This document shows, in pieces, positions 38,001-44,384 of a DNA stretch of 44,384 bases; the first letter of the stretch is position 1, and each line of letters starts with the position of its first letter. This DNA is from a virus. A program made the translations under genes and the position numbers. A model generated the notes under the pieces. The model saw only the letters and a program-made list of their open reading frames with translations. It made no database searches and was not told the origin of the DNA. Location of the stretch: positions 1-44,384 of IMG/VR virus record IMGVR_UViG_3300045988_049142; one strand, given 5' to 3'.

Positions 38001-41000
38001 ATCACAGAACGGCAACGTCAGAGGAACTTCTGGCCGAAGCGCGCCGGATCAGCGGGAAGTAAAGGAAAAGTTCTCCCTGCGAGCACCGGTAGAACGGACA
38101 AAAGATCTCGTGGCCGTCCACAACCTGACGGAACAGAACCTGCGGGATGCGTTCTATTTGGGTGGGCTGCCGATGCCAAGTATCGCAGTCGTCAAGGCGG
38201 CACAGGGACACAGCATGTACGGGCCGATCTCCATCGTGTTCGGACGCGAGAGCATCGACCCGCAGACGGACAGCCGGAACAAGATTTACGGCGGCGACGC
38301 GTATACGCCGACGGCCCCGGCGGTGGAATATCCAGTGAACTACGACCGGATGCGCGCCGTGGAAAAGCGGCTCGCGGGGCTGAGCGAGAAGGTCGCGGGC
38401 GGCGTATTCCGCAACGACAGCGCATTGCAGCGCGCAGGCGTTGGCGAAGAGAGCGGCATGAGCGCGCCGGAGCTGGCGGACAAGCTCGCGCGGGACGACA
38501 GTATTCGCGCGGCGTATCTGGCCGATCAGGGGAAAACGCTGGAGCCGGTCATGCAGGCAAAGGAGTTCAACCGATACGGCAATGACTCACTATCGAAGCT
38601 TGTGCAGAAAATCGGCGTGCAAAAGCTGGCGGACATCGAGGCGAGCATGGAAGCGGGCGACTATCAGCCGGTGCAGGAGATCGAGGACACGGTGCGCCAG
38701 ATTATCCGCGACAGCTACGAAGAGCAGCACCGCAGATTCCTCGACCGGAAACCGGAGCTGAAGGAGAAGCGGATCAACTACTTTATGGAGAACAATGTCC
38801 ACACATACACGGTGGAGAATTTCGTCCGAAACGCATGGGAATACTATCAGGACCAGGGCGCGACGACGAGCGAGATCGACCGGTGGGCGACCAGCGACAA
38901 GCTCCATGAAGCGGCGAGCACCGAGGATGTGAAAGCGTGGCTGCTGCCGCAGCTGGAAGGCGTACTGGGCGAGCCGGGGATCTACAACGGATCGGAACGG
39001 TTCGACAAGTCCGGCAGCAAGCGGAGCTTTTCGCAGTTGCACTGGGAGTATACGCTGGAGAACATCGTGCGCGCCATGACCGAGACGCAGGCAGAGCGCG
39101 GCGGGCAGACGTTTGGCGCGTCGGCGAAGTCCATGCAGGCGGTCAGCACGGAGGACTTCCAGAGCATCGACGCGGTGAAGGCTGCGAGCGACAGGCTCGG
39201 CAAGGTGGACACAGAGCAGTACAAGGCCGACGTGGACGCAGTAGAAAAGCGCATCGAGCAGGCCACGCGGGCGGTCATGCGCGAGAACAAGGCGCACTCG
39301 GACAACCAGTTCGATGAGATGCAGATCATCGGCGACGTGATGATGCAGGCCGCGCAGGGTAAGCAGACAGAAGCAGCCATCCGGCGGGCGTTCTCGAAGG
39401 AAGGGTACTCCATCAGCAAGAGCACGGCTGCGAGAATCCGGGAGATGTTCCGCGCGGCGGCGGAGCTTCCGACGGGTTACTTCGAAGCGAAACCGCAAAG
39501 AGCCGTAGGGTTTAATGAAGTGCTTGCGGCAGTAATTCCGGATAATTCCAGTGCGGAAATTCGCCAATCTTTATCGGATGCTGGCGTTCGCGTTATCGAG
39601 TATCCTGCGGGAGACGAAACAGGTAGGTTGAATGCGGTAAACAGTGTGGACAACGCGAGATTTCAGCTCAAGTCGCAGACGCAGATCGAGACGGAAATGC
39701 GCGACATCAAGAAGGAACGCGACCGGCTCAAGACGCGCGTGAAATCGCTTGAGCGTCAGGTGGCACGCTGGAAAGCGGAAACCAAGCCCTCTATGCCGAG
39801 TTTCCGCGAGGGAGATCTGAAGAAACTCGGGAATCGGCTTATCAACGACTTCGACAGCTCGACGAAGTACAGCGAGATCAAGACGGATATGGAGAACCTC
39901 GGCAAGGCTCTTCTATCGCAGGATGTCCCTGACACAGATCTCCACGCTTATGCAGAGTATGTGGCAGAAAAGATCATCCAGAATTCTCGTGTGCTTGAGG
40001 AGGGCGGCGAGGACTTGCTGGAAATCCAAAAACACCTCAAGTCCGTCAAGCTGGCGTATACGGATGACGGATCCATCCCGGATTTTCCCGAATGGAAGAA
40101 GGCACACCGTTACATTAAGTTCGCGAAGGACGGCGGGCTTCCGGTCGACGTGGCATATCATGAGCTGACAGAGATGTTTGGCGGCGGCTATTTTCCTGAA
40201 AGCATCACGAATCCAGCAGATCAGCTTACGCGCATGGGCGAGATCTTGGAGGATATCGACAACATTTGGTCGAATCCGTATGACGAGTATCATGACATCG
40301 CAGTAACTGCCCTTGGGAACTCCTTGATTGAGAGCATGATCAGCGATGATGTCCGGCAGACCAGACCGACCTATGCAGATCGGAAGGAAAAGGAGATCGC
40401 ACACCTGAAGGATCTACTCAGCAAGACGCGGGCTGGTCGCGACGAGAAGATCAAGCAGATGCGGACGGCGTACGCCGAACGAACCAAATCCGGGGCAGAA
40501 AAGCGCAAGGCCAGGGAGATGCGCGCACGGATCGCAAGGCACACCGACGCGCTGTCTCAGAAGTTGCTCCATCCAACCGACAAACAGCATATCCCCGAAC
40601 AGCTGCGTACTCCGGTTGCCGCACTCCTCCGCGTCATTAACACGGAAAGCTCCATGAGCTACGATGAAAGCGGAAAACTCCGCAAGGGAACCACGGGATC
40701 TCCGACAAAGAGAACACAAGAGGCAATCCGCCTCCGCGAGGCGTATGACGAAATTCTCTCCAGCGATCCCAATTTTGTGGTTGATCCGGCTTTGTTCGGC
40801 GAGGGCGGACAAAGTGGTTTCATCGATCAGCTTGTCGAGCTGGGGAGCCAGCGGATCGGCGACATGAACAGCGAGCAGCTTAACGTTGTCTGGAAAGCAA
40901 TCAAGGGCATAGAAACGACCGTATCCAGCTACGACAAGGCACTTTCGAGTGGGAAGTATATATTTATCTCCCAGTGGGCAAATGATCTCAGGAGCGGCGT

Positions 41001-43734
41001 AAGTAGCCGCAAACGGTCGAACAAGAAAGCCGTACTCAGCCTGTACGATCCGCGCACATTTTTCAACGCATATGGAGACGCTGGTCTGGACGTGTTCCGC
41101 GCTCTGCGGAATGCGGAGGACACGCAGAACCGCAGGGTCGCAGAAATTGCGAAGCTGGCGGAGAAGTTTATGAGCCGCGATGTTTATAAACAGCGAAACG
41201 AGCGGCATACGTTTACGACCGAGTCCGGACAGACGATCACGCTGACGAATGACCAGATCATGAACCTTTACAACCTCGCGAATCGCGGGAAGCACTCGAT
41301 GCAGCACCTCTCTGTCGGCGGCGTTATACAGCCCTACATCAAGCGCGACGGCAAGTTGCCGGCCATCGAGCGCGGCACGAAGAGCATTCCTCTCACTGCA
41401 AACGATGTGGCTCAGATCACTGATGTCCTGACGGATGAGCAGATCAAGGTCGCAAAGGGACTGCAGAAAATCGCGTCTACCATGCTTGCCAAGTGGGGCA
41501 ACGAGGCCAGCATGGCCGTGTATGGGTACAACAAGTTTACCGAGGAGCATTATTGGCCGATCAAGTCGGCGCGAGAGTCAATTGTGCAGAACGCTGAACG
41601 CGGCGAAAATATGCCGCGCGAGATCCGCAACATGGGCAGTGCGAAAGCCCTGAACGAGAACGCCAGCAACACGCTGGATCTTGGCGGAGTGTTTGACGTT
41701 TTCACGAAAAACGCAAGCGACATGATTACTTACAGCACAATGCTCGAACCGATGGAGGACATCAACCGGCTTTTTAACTATCGCTACCGCGACTCTTCCG
41801 GGAACCTTACCGGCAAGAACGTCAAGAATGTGCTGACGGATGTTTACGGCGAACAGGCGCTGAAATACTGGCGAAACCTCATGAGTGACGTGCAGAACGG
41901 CATCGCCCACGATGATGAACCGATCACGCGCATGATCGAGAAGTTCGTCGGCAGGACAAAGGCCGCAAGCGTCGGCATGAACGCCCGCGTGGTGCTCCAG
42001 CAGCCCACGGCATTCTTCCGCGCGGCGGCGATCCTCGATCCCAGCGACATGGCAAAGGGGCTTGTCAAGGCTCCTACCAAGGGCAATGGCTGGAAGAAGG
42101 CCAAACAGTATGCGGGCATTGCCGCCATCAAGGACTCGTCCGGATTCGATCAGGCCGGTCAGTACACGATCATGAAGGGCATTCTCAACGGCGCGGATCA
42201 GACCTTTATGGACAAGCTCAGCGATGCATCCAGCGCGGCGGCGGCAAAGGCAGACGCTGTGACGTGGGGCAAGATCTGGAACGCGTGTGAGTATACCGTG
42301 CAGAAGGAAGGGCGCTATGAAGTCGGGAGCGAGGATTTTTACACTCGCACGGCAGAGGTGTTTTCCGACGTAATCGACCAGTCACAGGTCGTTGACGGGA
42401 TTCTCCAGCGCACGCAGATCATGCGCAGCGGGAACGGTTTGACGAAACAGGCCACCGCATTTATGGGTGAGCCGATGAAGTCCTTGAATATGCTCCTTAG
42501 ATCCTATGACGCGTGGCGTTATGAAACCAATCCCAGCAAGAAGAGCGCGGCTCTGAAACAGTTTGCTCGGACGAGCATCGCACTGTTGGTTACCGACGGC
42601 GTAAACGCGCTTGTCCAGTCCCTCGTCGACGCGGCGCGGAAGGATGACAAGGACAAGGATTACTGGGGCAGATACTTCGAGGTTCTGACCGGCGTAACCG
42701 GAGAGGACGATGCGGTCGCCAGCGTCCTGCTGGGCAGTAACCTGTGGGACAACATCGACCCCGTAGGACGGATTCCGTTCGCCAAGGACATCAAGTCCAT
42801 GCTTCAGGGCTACACGGTGTCCCGCATGGATGCAGACGCGGTTTCGGACTTTATTGCTGCGGCGCAGCTGTTTACAAAGGCCACACAGGGCGACGGGCAG
42901 AAGTCCACGCTCTATGCATTCAAACAGCTTCTGGTAACCGGCAGTAAGATCTTCGGCATTTCCGTCGGCAACATCGGGCGCGACACTTGGGCGGTGGCAC
43001 GAAGCATCGCGCAGGAAACCGGCAGTTACTGGGCGATGTATCAGATGGAGCAGATGATTTACCGCGTCGCTCCAGACGCGAAAAACTCATCGCGGTACTA
43101 CTCAATCCTCTATCACGCATTGCAGGATGACAAGTCCGCGTACGACCGGATTTATGCCGACCTTATCAGTAAGGGCTATACTGATAAGCAGATCAAGACC
43201 GGCATGAAAAACGCCATCAAGAACGCTGGTGGAAGCGATATGCTCTCACAGCTTGAAGACGTCGGGTTCAGCCGCGAGGATGCAGAAACCGTTATCAAAC
43301 AGCAGGAATTCAAGCAGTCCTACGGTTTCTCGTACGACGATCTTGCCGATGAATATGCTGACGGGAATATTTCTCGCCGAGAGGTAATTCGGGCGTTGCA
43401 GAACGTCGGCGGGCTATCTGCGGAAGATGCGGAGCTGAAGGCTACGGCGTACGACTGGAAAAACGATGGAGTGTCTGATGCGACGAATGCCATCGTCGAG
43501 GCGTATCAGAGTTACGGTTCCGATGCAGGATTCGACAAGAAATCCTTTGCGGAGGCGTACAAGGATCTTAACGCGGTTAAAGGCGAGGATACCGACGGCG
43601 ACGGGAAGATCGAGAAGAAGCAGTTTGTGCTGGAGGCGATCAACAAGATGAACATCTCCACAGCACAGAAGGACGCGCTCTATCGAATGAAGGGCTACGG
43701 AGAAAAACAGTTGGCAGACGCTCCGTGGCATTAA
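35014..43734 (+). CDS. Giant polyvalent-type virion/ejected protein (2,906 aa) with a zincin HExxH module
   Basis: ATG 35014 with RBS GAGGGAGG. HEVTH at 37117-37131. Many helical linker domains. A ..FSLRAP..LVAVHNL..GGLPMPSIAV.. domain as seen in phage/ICE polyvalent proteins. C-terminal DTDGDGKIE Ca-binding-like loop. Confidence 0.8.
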   Translation: MTNNDLAVELLQQRKKKREDPQSATTQTSTQNMSGQAALAQELLSQRIQARKEREATQPTVSLPSQRIDPAKERQESNGKFNGWKYFGNLGKTLLTGVASLAQTGAMAEDVVTSAVDTIFKGANTKGSGLFNALYHGRPDWKFLGENGLVGIEQEKAYLDQEREAEVAKIKDDTFGGKVAKKAASYGGDIAYGVGYAIPMAATAGVAAAPIVNGVATSTEALANLGASVVESSGVLNALGKGFRDTLRSKDYWMAFTSEVGADYQEALSDGASTGEAMNYAIATSLLNSVIEVGGGIQKVPENFSVKNLLRSAAEEGMEEIWQGPVGRTMQNVVYGANNPIVSTTDDRAIFNPVTSAQEFAGGFTVGGILSGAQMAAGKAANSIYSKQVEKQSQRYEQAQARVKELSGVKGTYQTGENGKTTVGGNESAIKSVVKGGQIEMANGEVVSPDKVKFADRNTADLYEGAISRAANAGAANVFIDSYTGGDVSRYLLGMQEAYEDGRAGVVTEKRGTFADDLTDAQRTAAWNQGAADGLQSFRSDTGLGENGSDAWTQVQQNQAVKSNPRLRTGFTAMYQAGLSGKSLTDVKSDAARYIPPSVQTAAYQAGLADAASNLAREKAGVKLVTKSNEAGLVDNDYSKKLANNDTGTARVLGSLASDMGVRIEIVPQVQGGAANGKYVKGTNTVLLAADAENPLSFVAAHEVTHRMQDAAPTEYRAYRDAVMEYQSSELGDDTTASMVERYREASREAGVTLTQEEAMDEIAADFTAKMINDTDLFGRFADKNRSVAGKLLDGLKSFISRVKTLFTGKARDKAAQKAYGKNFADLQKVADLWQTAYDKAAETIRESTNAVTANADESAKLQIRRKYWKPQLRSDEWALLNRKLDEEIGSSEQYLDESTKWLYADEKGVQVFALYGIGDGTEATPLYAVGGKQADACSVAVAEYIERREKYDRNGGSADSWVELLWSKKGSRSGNLPQAQGPAGDAGAVYGLHGGSQNGNVRGTSGRSAPDQREVKEKFSLRAPVERTKDLVAVHNLTEQNLRDAFYLGGLPMPSIAVVKAAQGHSMYGPISIVFGRESIDPQTDSRNKIYGGDAYTPTAPAVEYPVNYDRMRAVEKRLAGLSEKVAGGVFRNDSALQRAGVGEESGMSAPELADKLARDDSIRAAYLADQGKTLEPVMQAKEFNRYGNDSLSKLVQKIGVQKLADIEASMEAGDYQPVQEIEDTVRQIIRDSYEEQHRRFLDRKPELKEKRINYFMENNVHTYTVENFVRNAWEYYQDQGATTSEIDRWATSDKLHEAASTEDVKAWLLPQLEGVLGEPGIYNGSERFDKSGSKRSFSQLHWEYTLENIVRAMTETQAERGGQTFGASAKSMQAVSTEDFQSIDAVKAASDRLGKVDTEQYKADVDAVEKRIEQATRAVMRENKAHSDNQFDEMQIIGDVMMQAAQGKQTEAAIRRAFSKEGYSISKSTAARIREMFRAAAELPTGYFEAKPQRAVGFNEVLAAVIPDNSSAEIRQSLSDAGVRVIEYPAGDETGRLNAVNSVDNARFQLKSQTQIETEMRDIKKERDRLKTRVKSLERQVARWKAETKPSMPSFREGDLKKLGNRLINDFDSSTKYSEIKTDMENLGKALLSQDVPDTDLHAYAEYVAEKIIQNSRVLEEGGEDLLEIQKHLKSVKLAYTDDGSIPDFPEWKKAHRYIKFAKDGGLPVDVAYHELTEMFGGGYFPESITNPADQLTRMGEILEDIDNIWSNPYDEYHDIAVTALGNSLIESMISDDVRQTRPTYADRKEKEIAHLKDLLSKTRAGRDEKIKQMRTAYAERTKSGAEKRKAREMRARIARHTDALSQKLLHPTDKQHIPEQLRTPVAALLRVINTESSMSYDESGKLRKGTTGSPTKRTQEAIRLREAYDEILSSDPNFVVDPALFGEGGQSGFIDQLVELGSQRIGDMNSEQLNVVWKAIKGIETTVSSYDKALSSGKYIFISQWANDLRSGVSSRKRSNKKAVLSLYDPRTFFNAYGDAGLDVFRALRNAEDTQNRRVAEIAKLAEKFMSRDVYKQRNERHTFTTESGQTITLTNDQIMNLYNLANRGKHSMQHLSVGGVIQPYIKRDGKLPAIERGTKSIPLTANDVAQITDVLTDEQIKVAKGLQKIASTMLAKWGNEASMAVYGYNKFTEEHYWPIKSARESIVQNAERGENMPREIRNMGSAKALNENASNTLDLGGVFDVFTKNASDMITYSTMLEPMEDINRLFNYRYRDSSGNLTGKNVKNVLTDVYGEQALKYWRNLMSDVQNGIAHDDEPITRMIEKFVGRTKAASVGMNARVVLQQPTAFFRAAAILDPSDMAKGLVKAPTKGNGWKKAKQYAGIAAIKDSSGFDQAGQYTIMKGILNGADQTFMDKLSDASSAAAAKADAVTWGKIWNACEYTVQKEGRYEVGSEDFYTRTAEVFSDVIDQSQVVDGILQRTQIMRSGNGLTKQATAFMGEPMKSLNMLLRSYDAWRYETNPSKKSAALKQFARTSIALLVTDGVNALVQSLVDAARKDDKDKDYWGRYFEVLTGVTGEDDAVASVLLGSNLWDNIDPVGRIPFAKDIKSMLQGYTVSRMDADAVSDFIAAAQLFTKATQGDGQKSTLYAFKQLLVTGSKIFGISVGNIGRDTWAVARSIAQETGSYWAMYQMEQMIYRVAPDAKNSSRYYSILYHALQDDKSAYDRIYADLISKGYTDKQIKTGMKNAIKNAGGSDMLSQLEDVGFSREDAETVIKQQEFKQSYGFSYDDLADEYADGNISRREVIRALQNVGGLSAEDAELKATAYDWKNDGVSDATNAIVEAYQSYGSDAGFDKKSFAEAYKDLNAVKGEDTDGDGKIEKKQFVLEAINKMNISTAQKDALYRMKGYGEKQLADAPWH
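37868..38062 (+). CDS. Embedded 64-aa ORF in the +1 frame of the giant gene
   Basis: AGGAG at 37855-37859, 8 nt before the ATG. MTEMEDLLIRGLSCFGVRKGAGAEIFLRLKGQPETQEQFMDYMADHRTATSEELLAEARRISGK looks like a folded helical protein. GC3 favours this frame locally (see finding). Confidence 0.5.
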   Translation: MTEMEDLLIRGLSCFGVRKGAGAEIFLRLKGQPETQEQFMDYMADHRTATSEELLAEARRISGK

Positions 43735-43818
43735 CCCTCTGGGCGGGGAGCGGGCAACGATACGCCGACCCCGCTCCCACGCGAAAGCTCCGCAGGCTCA
43801 CGGCGCGGAGGGGAATGG

Positions 43819-44073
43819 ATGAACGCACAGCATAGGGAGATCAGAGCAAGGCTATCACGAATGGCTCCTCAGCGGGCGGTGGACTACGTCAAGGCGTTTG
43901 ATCTGCCGCCCATGGAGGAGGCGTGCATCATCGAGTGCGATGTGCGCAGGCGAAGTTGTGTAGACGTGGCGATGGATCTGTTTGTTTCTCCTGACACGAT
44001 CAAAAATTGCAGACGAAGAGCATACGGAAAGATCGCTGACGGGATCTCATACGGGATCATCGGCACAAATTGA
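43819..44073 (+). CDS. Small sigma-70 region-4-like HTH regulator (84 aa)
   Basis: RBS GGAGGGG. EEACIIECDVRRRSCVDVAMDLFVSPDTIKNCRRRAYGKI resembles a region-4/LuxR-type HTH. Followed by a terminator. Confidence 0.6.
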   Translation: MNAQHREIRARLSRMAPQRAVDYVKAFDLPPMEEACIIECDVRRRSCVDVAMDLFVSPDTIKNCRRRAYGKIADGISYGIIGTN

Positions 44074-44099
44074 AGGAGGGCTTTATGCCCTCCTTTTTT
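44073..44099 (+). terminator. Rho-independent terminator
   Basis: AAGGAGGGC-tttat-GCCCTCCTT running into TTTTTT. Confidence 0.8.
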
Positions 44100-44176
44100 G
44101 CGCCTTTTGATGCCGATACTCTACGCTTTCCAGCCGCTGATTTGGGGTACGATAGATCCAGAAAGGACGTGATCCA

Positions 44177-44384
44177 ATGATGTATGGGTATCCGCCCGCA
44201 TACCAGCGACGCGAGATCGTACGCGTCAACGGGCGCGGCGGCGTGAACGCCTATCAGATGGCGCCAAACTGCAGCGAGCTGTTGCTGGACGAGACTGCAC
44301 CGATCGTGTGGCTTTGCCAGACAGACGGGGCGGGATACAAGACGGCGACGCCTTACGACATTGCACCCCATGTAGACGCGCCTC
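44177..44384 (+). CDS. 5' part of the junction-spanning 99-aa hypothetical protein (continues at nt 78-169)
   Basis: ATG 44177 with GAAAGGA upstream. MMYGYPPAYQRREIVRVNGRGGVNAYQMAPNCSELLLDETAPIVW.. stays open to the window end and continues in frame across the circular junction. Confidence 0.5.
   Translation, partial: MMYGYPPAYQRREIVRVNGRGGVNAYQMAPNCSELLLDETAPIVWLCQTDGAGYKTATPYDIAPHVDAP
44308..44384. repeat. Terminal overlap copy 2 (identical to 1-77)
   Basis: See copy 1. Confidence 0.95.

Larger units (their letters stand above)
1..44384. mobile_element. Complete temperate phage genome, circularly closed contig (unique length 44,307 bp)
   Basis: Identical 77-nt ends. Full set of integrase, repressor switch, recombination/replication, packaging, head, tail-fibre and lysis genes, with no flanking host genes. 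Confidence 0.85.

Noticed and set aside
35014-43734. The giant protein as an N4-like virion RNA polymerase or a crAss-like RNAP.
   Set aside because: I could not find T7-like motifs A/B/C or a DxDGD double-psi-barrel motif. The only DGD-type string is a C-terminal Ca-binding-like loop.

Overview
The window is a complete temperate phage genome assembled as a circle. Nt 1-77 are identical to nt 44308-44384, so the unique length is 44,307 bp. GGAGG-type ribosome-binding sites, ATGA/TAATG gene coupling, a phage Prp protease and high GC point to a high-GC Firmicute host (inference only).

Layout:
- 44177->1973 (+): att-proximal cargo block of five small genes.
- ~2007-2048: candidate attP.
- 2049-3776 (-): large serine integrase plus a membrane-tethered XRE regulator.
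- 3974-4617: low-GC moron and a micro-ORF.
- 4686-17649 (-): one long, tightly coupled early operon. It carries a PAPS-reductase-like protein, three DNA methyltransferases, an SNF2 helicase, RusA, SSB, a YqaJ-type exonuclease, a Sak/Rad52-like annealase and many small proteins.
- 17650-17807: divergent-promoter genetic switch, next to the repressor gene 17808-18182 (+).
- 18183-18544: unusual non-coding region with a G-quadruplex motif, a homopyrimidine mirror repeat and 14 tandem 11-bp repeats.
- 18545-19229 (-): small leftward operon with a ribbon-helix-helix protein and an acidic protein.
- 19681-34993 (+): late genes, namely TerS, TerL, portal, Prp protease, scaffold, major capsid, tail and fibre genes, two holin-like genes, amidase endolysin and a 342-aa protein.
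- 35014-43734 (+): a 2,906-aa polyvalent-type giant protein.
- 43819-44073 (+): small sigma-region-4-like regulator.

No tail tube, sheath or tape-measure gene is recognisable, so the virion is probably podovirus-like.

Most notable observations:
- A circularly permuted cytosine-C5 methyltransferase that appears to carry several target-recognition domains.
- A 64-aa ORF with its own Shine-Dalgarno site, embedded in the +1 frame inside the giant gene, where third-position GC favours the embedded frame.
- The 14 x 11-bp iteron-like array beside the ribbon-helix-helix gene.
- A phage Prp protease whose scaffold and capsid substrates both carry an LQLFA leader.
- A 19-bp tandem duplication and a separate 1-nt frameshift that each split an early gene.
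- A 56-bp perfect direct repeat marking a truncated gene copy at a module boundary.

All product calls rest on motifs read by eye. No database search was run.
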